Source of the DNA: an uncultured Mycoplasmatota bacterium
GTDB lineage: Bacteria; Bacillota_I; Bacilli_A; RF39; UBA660
DNA length: 64,000 nt
Direction of reading: 5' to 3'
NCBI GenBank assembly: GCA_949287595.1
Contig: CASEGV010000001.1
Coordinates: 129,982 to 193,981, forward strand
Of this stretch, positions 25,727-32,916 are shown piece by piece (within the stretch, counting starts at the first letter, position 1; each line of letters starts with the position of its first letter). The translations under genes and the position numbers were made by a program. Under the pieces are notes generated by a model, which was not told where the DNA came from, searched no databases, and worked only from the letters and a program-made list of their open reading frames with translations.

Positions 25727-26611
25727 TTACTGTTTAAATTGTTCATTAAATTTTAAAATCTTTTCTAAAATATCTTCAGTCTCTTTAATTTTTTCTTTAA
25801 TTTCTTTTATCTTGTCAGGATTATCTTCACTTACTATAGAATTTAAAACATCACTATTGTCAAGAACTTCTTCTTCACTATCTGTATCTATTTTTACTAT
25901 ACATGAACCCAAAAAATCTGCCATATCAAAAGTATTTGGAATTTCTGCATCCCAAATTATATCATCTCCCTCATTAAAATTTAGATCAAAACTATAACTA
26001 AATATAGCTTTATTAAATGCAGAGTACCACCACTTTTTTGCAATATCACCTTGAAATACTTCTACTTGAATATCACTATTCATACTAAAAACATTTATTA
26101 CATTAGGTAAACAATTATTAATTGTAGTAGTGATATTATAATATGATCTATTAAAACAATACATACTATTTAAAGATACAGTTTGTAATGTTACTGAATC
26201 TGGATGATCTATTTCTTTTATTCTAAATACTGAAGATATTCTATAATACTTAGTATGCTGAACAAATACTAAATCTTTTAAATACTTATTATATAAATTG
26301 TGTGATGTTGTCATTTGCATATCATAAATTTTCTCTACATCATTTAATTCAAAAATCCATATTTTATTTTTAATTAGTTCATATGAATACATATGATATG
26401 CTCTAATATTTTTTAACTTATCTTTAATATATCTTGCTTCTTCATCATCTGAAGCTTTTAATATAGACCAATAATTTACATGATTAATTCTTTTTCCGCC
26501 ACGAGGAACACCATCCCATAATACCCATTTAATATCTGGAATTTCTAACTCTATCTTCTCAGTTCCATTATAAATTCCTTTTATTAATTCTATTTTCTCA
26601 AAATTTACCAT
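25727..26611 (-). CDS. Hypothetical protein
   Basis: Track ORF. Confidence 0.55.
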   Translation of the reverse strand: MVNFEKIELIKGIYNGTEKIELEIPDIKWVLWDGVPRGGKRINHVNYWSILKASDDEEARYIKDKLKNIRAYHMYSYELIKNKIWIFELNDVEKIYDMQMTTSHNLYNKYLKDLVFVQHTKYYRISSVFRIKEIDHPDSVTLQTVSLNSMYCFNRSYYNITTTINNCLPNVINVFSMNSDIQVEVFQGDIAKKWWYSAFNKAIFSYSFDLNFNEGDDIIWDAEIPNTFDMADFLGSCIVKIDTDSEEEVLDNSDVLNSIVSEDNPDKIKEIKEKIKETEDILEKILKFNEQFKQ

Positions 26612-26615
26612 AATT

Positions 26616-26984
26616 TCAACATTTTCTTAAGTTAATTAATAATGAACTATTTTTCTCATCTATATAGACTTTATCCACTTCTTTTCCATCAAAAATTTTA
26701 TCATAAATTTTAAATACTCTAGAAATATTATTAATAGCAGCCCTCAATACTAATGTACTATTAAACACCTCTGTATATACCCTAAACGAGTGTCTAACTT
26801 CATCAAAAACTTTTTCATTAATAAATATATTTATAGAATTTTCTCCAACTTGTAAAACTATTATAAAAATTTCCCAATCAGTATTATTAAACTCACTAGT
26901 CACATTACTATTATTTCCATACATTAATAATAAAAAATCTTCAACTGGGGTTTCTTGATTAATATCTGTTAATTCTCTAAGCAT
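26616..26984 (-). CDS. Hypothetical protein, tandem paralogue A (MLREL family)
   Basis: Starts MLRELTDI and ends ..IDEKNSSLLINLRKC. Similar ends and length to 26992..27372. Confidence 0.55.
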   Translation of the reverse strand: MLRELTDINQETPVEDFLLLMYGNNSNVTSEFNNTDWEIFIIVLQVGENSINIFINEKVFDEVRHSFRVYTEVFNSTLVLRAAINNISRVFKIYDKIFDGKEVDKVYIDEKNSSLLINLRKC

Positions 26985-26991
26985 ATTTTTA

Positions 26992-27372
26992 TTATTTTAG
27001 AATTATTAATATTGACTCATCTTTAATATCTATATCTATCTTCTGTATATCTCTTTCATAAAATATTTGATCAATTACTTTAACAGTATTAGATATTGGC
27101 CCAAGACATAACGATACTAGTAGACTATTAGGATCATCTTTACTAATCTTAAAATCTAGTTTATATGGATTTAATAAAACAATATCACTATTATAATAAA
27201 CCTTTACTTTATTATCGTCTACTTGAAATAAAGTAATACAATCTTTCAAATTTAATTTCTCTAATTCAAGTTTAGAAAAATCATTAACACCATATTCTAC
27301 ATTACTCGAAGAAAAAGTATTTATATAGTACCCAACTTTAACAAATTCGATTTTATTTAATTCTCTTAACAT
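26992..27372 (-). CDS. Hypothetical protein, tandem paralogue B (MLREL family)
   Basis: Starts MLRELNKI and ends ..IDIKDESILIILK. It is the first gene of the leftward block. Confidence 0.55.
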   Translation of the reverse strand: MLRELNKIEFVKVGYYINTFSSSNVEYGVNDFSKLELEKLNLKDCITLFQVDDNKVKVYYNSDIVLLNPYKLDFKISKDDPNSLLVSLCLGPISNTVKVIDQIFYERDIQKIDIDIKDESILIILK

Positions 27373-27389
27373 AAATTTCTTAATATTAT

Positions 27390-27410
27390 CATTTATAAGG
27401 ATTATAAACT
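27390..27410 (-). promoter_or_regulatory. Promoter-like motif (class 1: AATCCTTATAAATG), leftward
   Basis: The minus strand reads TTTATAATCCTTATAAATG, 17 nt before ATG 27372. It is inverted relative to the plus-strand copy at 27421-27444. Confidence 0.4.
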
Positions 27411-27420
27411 ATATAATTTA

Positions 27421-27444
27421 AATCCTTAAAATCCTTATAAATGG
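27421..27444 (+). promoter_or_regulatory. Promoter-like motif (class 1), rightward
   Basis: AATCCTTAAAATCCTTATAAATGG. The same motif recurs upstream of at least seven minus-strand genes. Confidence 0.4.
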
Positions 27445-27449
27445 ACATA

Positions 27450-27533
27450 GTTAAAGGCAATTAGTAAAACTGTCGTCTAAAGCATTATTAAATTATGATT
27501 AGCACTGTTTGTGAAAATGGTGCTAATTTTTTT
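27450..27533 (+). ncRNA. Candidate small RNA 1 (hairpin U1 plus T7 tract)
   Basis: Follows the promoter-like motif. Hairpin TTAGCAC (27499-27505) / GTGCTAA (27520-27526) with loop TGTTTGTGAAAATG, then TTTTTTT (27527-27533). No ORF. Confidence 0.3.
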
Positions 27534-27535
27534 CT

Positions 27536-27569
27536 TTCCTTTTATAAAACACTGAAACTCCTATATATG
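27536..27569 (+). promoter_or_regulatory. Promoter-like motif (class 2: TTCCTT-N20-TATATATG)
   Basis: TTCCTT 27536-27541, exactly 20 nt, then TATATATG 27562-27569. The same architecture occurs at 27712-27745 and 28524-28558. Confidence 0.4.
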
Positions 27570-27574
27570 TGAAA

Positions 27575-27711
27575 ATAAAAACAAAAAGAGGTACTTGTGA
27601 AAGTACTATGGGTTTTATCTTTCGTATTATCAGTATCTTTTGTGAAAACCGTACTGATAGTTTGATTTATTATTTTTAATTGTTAATCCCGCAGCGGCGG
27701 GATTTTTTTTC
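27575..27711 (+). ncRNA. Candidate small RNA 2 (hairpins U2, U3 plus intrinsic terminator)
   Basis: U2 GTACTT-GTGA-AAGTAC (27591-27606). U3 TATCAGTA (27628-27635) / TACTGATA (27652-27659) with loop TCTTTTGTGAAAACCG. Ends at the GC-rich terminator. No ORF. Confidence 0.3.
27685..27711 (+). terminator. Rho-independent terminator
   Basis: AATCCCGC-AGCG-GCGGGATT followed by T8. It is the most GC-rich stem in this region. Confidence 0.75.
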
Positions 27712-27745
27712 TTCCTTCTACTATCAACTAAAAGCCTTATATATG
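27712..27745 (+). promoter_or_regulatory. Promoter-like motif (class 2), abutting the start codon of 27747..28028
   Basis: TTCCTT 27712-27717, 20 nt, TATATATG 27738-27745, ATG at 27747. This implies a near-leaderless mRNA if it is a promoter. Confidence 0.35.
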
Positions 27746-27746
27746 T

Positions 27747-28028
27747 ATGGAAAGATATTTATTAAATGCATTTTCATTGCAGATGATAAACTTTCCAGCG
27801 GTAGTGAACTTTGAAGAAATAGATTCTCTACAGGATGGTTTGACCTCAGCTATTGGACATGCTGATACTGCTGCAATTCTGGGAGTACCAATGAACCGAA
27901 TTAACGTTAAGTTATCTAAAGGTGATATTGCGTACGTAGCTCAGTTGCAGGGAGGCAGATTACCAGAAGGGTCTACAAAACTTCCGGATGGATTTAGCTT
28001 CAAGTTCATTAAGGTTACCGTTGGATAA
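27747..28028 (+). CDS. acrIII-1: DUF1874 / AcrIII-1-like viral ring nuclease (candidate anti-type III CRISPR)
   Basis: YLLNAFSLQM, SAIGHADTA, KGDIAYVAQLQGGRLPEG resemble my recollection of SIRV1 gp29/STIV B116 (..LANAFSINML.., ..SIGH.., ..LYVVQ..RLEEG). About 93 aa as in that family. Visibly GC-richer than the flanks. Confidence 0.65.
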   Translation: MERYLLNAFSLQMINFPAVVNFEEIDSLQDGLTSAIGHADTAAILGVPMNRINVKLSKGDIAYVAQLQGGRLPEGSTKLPDGFSFKFIKVTVG

Positions 28029-28196
28029 TCTGAGTGAAATGCATCATTGGTTGCTGAACCAATTTAGACAAATCAGATAGAGTATAATAGTAGAAAAGGC
28101 TCAATAAATACGGACACTACTAGTATTTTAATAAAATTAATTAATATAATAAAATTTTTAAACTTTTAAAGAATACAATAACTTTAATTTAAATAT

Positions 28197-28448
28197 ATGA
28201 AAAAATTTATAAATAATCTGGAAGGTTTATTTTTATTTCCAGGTATAGCAGTTTGGTTTACTGTTCTTTTAATCGGAGTTTTAATAAAGAATAGTAGTTC
28301 AATAAATACATTATGTAATTTAAGAAGTTCTATTGATGATAATAATATAGGTATGTACTTAAAAGAATCTAAGATAATAAGAGATTTTTATATATTAAGT
28401 ATATTAATATATTTATATATCGGATTTATCATAGTAACTTTTTCATAA
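28197..28448 (+). CDS. Small membrane protein (two hydrophobic helices)
   Basis: LFLFPGIAVWFTVLLIGVLI and FYILSILIYLYIGFIIVTF. Terminator directly downstream. Confidence 0.5.
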   Translation: MKKFINNLEGLFLFPGIAVWFTVLLIGVLIKNSSSINTLCNLRSSIDDNNIGMYLKESKIIRDFYILSILIYLYIGFIIVTFS

Positions 28449-28482
28449 GTAAGATTAACTAATCTTACTTATTTATTTTTTG
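28447..28482 (+). terminator. Rho-independent terminator
   Basis: AAGTAAGATT-AACT-AATCTTACTT followed by ATTTATTTTTT. Confidence 0.6.
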
Positions 28483-28523
28483 TCCCTTATTTCTGAAGAC
28501 AAAGGCGTTAGCCCTTTCACTCT

Positions 28524-28558
28524 TTCCTTTTAAACTTGAATGAAACCCCTATAAAGTG
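28524..28558 (+). promoter_or_regulatory. Promoter-like motif (class 2 variant)
   Basis: TTCCTT 28524-28529, 20 nt, TATAAAGTG 28550-28558. Confidence 0.35.
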
Positions 28559-28586
28559 TTATAAGAAATTATTCTATTAAAATTGA

Positions 28587-28618
28587 TTCTCTCCCTCCCC
28601 TTCAAAGGAGGGAGAGAA
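28587..28618 (+). other. GC-rich 12-bp hairpin in a 350-nt non-coding gap
   Basis: TTCTCTCCCTCC-CCTTCAAA-GGAGGGAGAGAA. A T-rich tract (CTTTTTCTCTTTTTTG) begins about 20 nt later. Confidence 0.5.
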
Positions 28619-28804
28619 GGGAAATCTATCTTATCACTTTTTCTCTTTTTTGAAACTATATAATGAATACTACCAAAAATATCCATATAAAAGTGATAAA
28701 ATGCGTATATATTCCCCTATTATTCTTACAATTGAGTTAAAGGGAAACTCCTTTGACTTCATAAAAATAGGACAATTTAATGAATTCTATAATAAATATA
28801 AGTT

Positions 28805-30970
28805 ATGATAAATAAATTAAAACCATGGATTGTACCAGGAGGAATTAGATTTTTAAGTGATTGGAAAGACTTCTTTTTCTATAAATTACCTCCTAAATGT
28901 ATAATAAACAAACAAATACCTGGATGCGGATTTACAGAAAGAGTAATTAATGGGATAGAGAATACGATCCTTTGTAGTCCTCGTATAGTTCTTCTTGAAA
29001 GTAAGTATAGTAAGCATGATAGAGATGTTTACTTAGTTAAGAATGAGCTACAGGATAATGATCCAGATATCGATAAAGATATTAGTAAAGATGATTCATC
29101 TTATTTAAATTCAAAAAAATCATCTTCTAATATGTTCGAGGAGAAATTAAAAGATTGTATTGATCCTAATCAAAGAAAAAGAGATATATATAATCGATTA
29201 ATGAGAGAAATTAAAGATTATATTAATACTAGAGACTTCTATGGTAAACCTTATAAAATCTTAGTAACATACGATTCTTATAGGATAGTACAAGATATTT
29301 TAATAGCATTAGGAAAATTTGATACTTTCTATACAATAGTAGATGAGTTTCAAAGTATCCTACATGATTCTAGATTTAAAAGTAATACTGAGAATGAATT
29401 CTTGGGTTATTTAAAAAAATCTCATTCAGCTATATTTGTTTCTGCCACTCCAATGGTAGATAAGTATTTAAATATGTTAGATGAATTTGATGGTCTTCCA
29501 TATATTGAATTCGATTGGTTAACTGAAGATCCTACTAGAGTTATAAAACCTTCTCTTAAGGTGAGAACTATGAAATCAGTAGGTACTAAGGCAGTTGAGA
29601 TTATACAATCTTATCTTAATGGAAATTTCGAGAGAGCTACTAGAATTATTAATGGTTTTCCAATAGAGATAGAATCTAGAGAGGCAGTCTTATTTATGAA
29701 TTCTGTTAACCATATTATTAGTATCATCAAGAAGTGTAATCTAAGTCCTGATCAAGTATTAATATTATGTGCTAAGACAGAAGATAATAAGAAAAAGATA
29801 AGGAAGAAACTAGGGAAATCATTTGAGATTGGACATGTTCCTAATGTAGATAAAGGAGAGATTTTTCCGATGTTTACCTTCTGTACTTCAACGGTTTATC
29901 TAGGAGCAGATTTTGATAGTTATTGTGCTAGAACTTTTATATTTAGTGATGCTAATCTTGATACACTAGCAGTAGATATAAGTGATGACCTTCCACAGAT
30001 TTTAGGACGACAAAGGAAGTCTGAAAATCCTTGGAAAAATAGTGCTGAGTTCTATTATAGAGTGACTGCAGATTATAAGAAGATGTCACAAGAGGAATTT
30101 ATGAGAGAGATAGAGAGAAAAGTAGATGTAACTAATAGTTTACTTAGGACTTATGATAATGCTCTTGATAAAGATAAATTAGCTGTAGCATCTACTTACA
30201 AAGATGTAGCTGAACTTAAGCATTATAAGGATAATTATATTTCTGTAAATACTCATGGTGGTACTGGATTATTTCCAATATTTAATAATTTAGTTAAAAT
30301 AAATGATCTTAGAGTATTTGAGATTCAACAGTATGATTATGCAGATCGTTTTACAGTATTTAGTACTATAAATGAGAGATTAGATATAGGATATTCAGTA
30401 AATCAAGAAGTTGAGGCATTTTTCTATAAATATGATCAATTAGGAACATTTAAAGAAAAACTAAGACTTCTCTGTGAATATGATATGTCAGATGAAGCAA
30501 GAAGTATTGCTTTAGAACAGATTGGAGAACATGATAATATTAGATCTTACTACTTAACTCTAAAACCAGAAAGACTTAGGGCATTAAATTATAATAGAAC
30601 TTATATTGAAAGAGAATTAGGAATAGTAGTATTTAGTAAAGAACTACTGGTTAGAACTATATTTCAAAATTTTAAGGTAGGAGATAGAGTTAGTACTGCA
30701 AATGCGAAGATTAAGTTAGGACAATTATATAATTCTATAAATTATAAAGCAACTCCGAAGGCTACTGATCTTAATGAATATTTTGATACTAAGGAAACAA
30801 AATTAACGGAGACATTAAGTGATGGAACTAAAAGAGTTGTGAAAGCAATGAATATTGTTTCTATAAAATCAGAATATCAATTCTTTTATAATAATCTACT
30901 AGTAGCAAATAATTATGTAGAACAAGAAAATAAACTTAAAGATCAAAATAACAATGATATATTTAATTGA
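28805..30970 (+). CDS. SF2 (DExH/Q-type) helicase-like protein with a C-terminal module shared with the next ORF
   Basis: Motif II IVDEFQS, motif III FVSATP, motif VI-like QILGRQRK. P-loop-position sequence IPGCGFTE is atypical. Confidence 0.55.
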   Translation: MINKLKPWIVPGGIRFLSDWKDFFFYKLPPKCIINKQIPGCGFTERVINGIENTILCSPRIVLLESKYSKHDRDVYLVKNELQDNDPDIDKDISKDDSSYLNSKKSSSNMFEEKLKDCIDPNQRKRDIYNRLMREIKDYINTRDFYGKPYKILVTYDSYRIVQDILIALGKFDTFYTIVDEFQSILHDSRFKSNTENEFLGYLKKSHSAIFVSATPMVDKYLNMLDEFDGLPYIEFDWLTEDPTRVIKPSLKVRTMKSVGTKAVEIIQSYLNGNFERATRIINGFPIEIESREAVLFMNSVNHIISIIKKCNLSPDQVLILCAKTEDNKKKIRKKLGKSFEIGHVPNVDKGEIFPMFTFCTSTVYLGADFDSYCARTFIFSDANLDTLAVDISDDLPQILGRQRKSENPWKNSAEFYYRVTADYKKMSQEEFMREIERKVDVTNSLLRTYDNALDKDKLAVASTYKDVAELKHYKDNYISVNTHGGTGLFPIFNNLVKINDLRVFEIQQYDYADRFTVFSTINERLDIGYSVNQEVEAFFYKYDQLGTFKEKLRLLCEYDMSDEARSIALEQIGEHDNIRSYYLTLKPERLRALNYNRTYIERELGIVVFSKELLVRTIFQNFKVGDRVSTANAKIKLGQLYNSINYKATPKATDLNEYFDTKETKLTETLSDGTKRVVKAMNIVSIKSEYQFFYNNLLVANNYVEQENKLKDQNNNDIFN
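30461..30934 (+). repeat. Duplicated C-terminal module, copy 1 (partner 31599..32060)
   Basis: LRLLCEYDMSDEARSIALEQIGEHDNIRSYYLTLKPERLRAL..LYNSINYKATPKATDL..NNLLVANNYVEQENK against the copy in 30954..32072. A 27-nt identical stretch AATAATTATGTAGAACAAGAAAATAAA closes both. Confidence 0.8.
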
Positions 30971-32072
30971 ATCAAGTGGTTATAACAGAGTAGGAGATAC
31001 TATCTCTTATTTTCAATTATTAAAAATAGGATATACTGAAGATTTTAAAAAAGATAAGAGATATATTTCCTATAAACTTCATAATCCTACTTGTAAGGTA
31101 TTATATGAAGTACTAGGAGGTACTGAAGATCATGAAAAAAGAATACAGTATAAATTTAAAGATCTATTATATCCTGATTATGGAAGAGAATGGTTTTATT
31201 ATTCTGAAGAGATAATAGATTTCTTTGAAGATATTCAGAATAATGGATTAGATATTGTATTAAATCTTCCTAAAGGAGCTTCTAGTAATACTGTTTATAC
31301 AACCTATAGAAATAAAGTAAAAGATATATTATACAGTATTTATGGATTTTATAGAGAAGAAAATAATATATCTCCTAAAGAATCATTAGAAGATACTATG
31401 AAAGATTACTATAATAGATTAATAGTAGATTTAGGAGATAAGATTACTGTAGAATCTGAAGTATTAGAGTATATAAGAAAAGATTTTGGAGATATATTAG
31501 TAAATAAGTATATAGAAAATAATAAATTATTTCAATCTTCTCAAGAGATATCTAAATTTATGGAAGAGTTTTCCAAATTAGATACACCTAATGATAGATT
31601 AAGATTCTTTTGTAATTATGAATTATCTGATACAGAAAGAAACATAATTCTTAATCAATTAGGAGAATATGATAATATTAGATCTTACTATACTACATTA
31701 TCTCCCGAAAGATTAAGAGCATTAGGACATAACAGTACTAAAATTCGTAGAGAATTAGGAATAGTAGCATTTAGTAAGGAATTGCTTACTATGACTATAT
31801 TCAAAAACTTTAAGATAGGTACTAGAATTCCAAATACTAAGATTAAAAATACTCTTACTAATCTTTATAATTCTATTAATTATAAAGCAACACCAAAAGC
31901 AACAGACCTAGGAGAATACTTTGAAATTAAGAAATTAAAAGTTACATTACCAGATAAGACAAGAGTAAATGGAATTGAATTAGTAGGAGTTAAGCCAGAA
32001 TATCAAGGAACTTATAATAATCTACTAGTAGTGAATAATTATGTAGAACAAGAAAATAAAGAAGAGGATTAA
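30954..32072 (+). CDS. T5orf172 (GIY-YIG-like) domain protein with duplicated C-terminal module
   Basis: N-terminal MIYLIESSG..LLKIGYTED..KR..YK..(H)EKRIQYKF..YGREWFY fits the T5orf172 pattern. The C-terminal ~155 aa are roughly 60% identical to the helicase C-terminus. Confidence 0.6.
   Translation: MIYLIESSGYNRVGDTISYFQLLKIGYTEDFKKDKRYISYKLHNPTCKVLYEVLGGTEDHEKRIQYKFKDLLYPDYGREWFYYSEEIIDFFEDIQNNGLDIVLNLPKGASSNTVYTTYRNKVKDILYSIYGFYREENNISPKESLEDTMKDYYNRLIVDLGDKITVESEVLEYIRKDFGDILVNKYIENNKLFQSSQEISKFMEEFSKLDTPNDRLRFFCNYELSDTERNIILNQLGEYDNIRSYYTTLSPERLRALGHNSTKIRRELGIVAFSKELLTMTIFKNFKIGTRIPNTKIKNTLTNLYNSINYKATPKATDLGEYFEIKKLKVTLPDKTRVNGIELVGVKPEYQGTYNNLLVVNNYVEQENKEED
31599..32060 (+). repeat. 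Duplicated C-terminal module, copy 2
   Basis: See 30461..30934. Confidence 0.8.
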
Positions 32073-32093
32073 TTTCCTCTTCTTTCTATTTTT
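32061..32093 (+). terminator. Hairpin terminator between convergent genes
   Basis: GAAGAGGA-TTAATT-TCCTCTTC followed by TTTCTATTTTT. Overlaps the stop of 30954..32072. Confidence 0.5.
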
Positions 32094-32832
32094 AATTTCC
32101 TCCATATAATCTTACTATTCTTGATGGATCGTCTTCAGTTTCATATAATACTTTCTCTATATTTCTATAATATGCTTTTTTAGATTTATAGTTCTTCCCT
32201 GGTATAAGTATTGTATTATTCATTAATTTATTTCTGTCCCATTCTAATATATCAGGGTTATCAATATTATTTGATTTTTGTGTATTTATAATTATTGATT
32301 GTTTCTTATAATTTCTTTTAGAAAGTTTTAATCTTTTTCTTTTGACTTGTTTTATAATATTTTCGTTAAATATTACAATACTCTCACAGTCCCATCCATA
32401 CAGATCTAATTTTCCACTCATACTACAGTCATATGGAGAAAATCTAGTATCATGTTCCCCATTTTCAGTAAGATATATCCCATCATATCCATCTTTCATC
32501 ATTTTCTCGTAATCTATCATAACTTCATTAAACATTCTATTTTTATCATAGATCCAATACTTTTTCAACTTAATAAGATCTAGATAAGAATTTATGGTGT
32601 ATATTTTACTATTAGGATTTATTTTAAATAAAATATATTTCTTTAAAGTTCCAATATTGAAATTTTCATCCAAACAAAATTTTCTCCAAGAATGATTAGA
32701 ATTTAGTGGAGAAGCCCATATTCCCCCACTTGGTTTATTCCACCCTCTTCTATTCTTTATTGTTTTAAATAATTTCTCTTTAATTTTATTTGTCCCATAA
32801 TGAACAAATATAATATTTTTTAAATTTTTCAT
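32092..32832 (-). CDS. Hypothetical protein (opposite-strand island, downstream of flotillin)
   Basis: Track ORF. Promoter-like motif CTCCTAAAACTCTTATAGATG lies 25 nt upstream. No motif recognised. Confidence 0.6.
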   Translation of the reverse strand: MKNLKNIIFVHYGTNKIKEKLFKTIKNRRGWNKPSGGIWASPLNSNHSWRKFCLDENFNIGTLKKYILFKINPNSKIYTINSYLDLIKLKKYWIYDKNRMFNEVMIDYEKMMKDGYDGIYLTENGEHDTRFSPYDCSMSGKLDLYGWDCESIVIFNENIIKQVKRKRLKLSKRNYKKQSIIINTQKSNNIDNPDILEWDRNKLMNNTILIPGKNYKSKKAYYRNIEKVLYETEDDPSRIVRLYGGN

Positions 32833-32857
32833 AATTTTAATTATTTTTATATATTAT

Positions 32858-32878
32858 CATCTATAAGAGTTTTAGGAG
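32858..32878 (-). promoter_or_regulatory. Promoter-like motif (class 1 variant)
   Basis: The minus strand reads CTCCTAAAACTCTTATAGATG, preceded by the terminator at 32880-32913. Confidence 0.35.
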
Positions 32879-32879
32879 A

Positions 32880-32913
32880 AGAAAAATAGAGGGATAATTT
32901 TATCCCTCTATTT
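32880..32913 (-). terminator. Rho-independent terminator after the flotillin gene
   Basis: The minus strand reads AATAGAGGGAT..ATCCCTCTATT followed by TTTTTC. Confidence 0.6.
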
Positions 32914-32916
32914 TAT

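Noticed and set aside
27450-27711. The hairpin array as a CRISPR array or a type III toxin-antitoxin (ToxI-like) repeat.
   Set aside because: The units are not direct repeats of constant length, spacing is irregular (about 58, 27 and 46 nt between TGTGAAA cores), only the loop motif is shared, and the downstream gene looks like DUF1874 rather than a ToxN/AbiQ-type toxin. I keep it as an unexplained structured RNA candidate.
28753-28781. A sigma-70-like promoter, TTGACT-17 nt-TTTAAT, upstream of the helicase gene.
   Set aside because: It is a single occurrence in very AT-rich DNA, and the inferred Bacteroidota host does not use this consensus. It could be chance.
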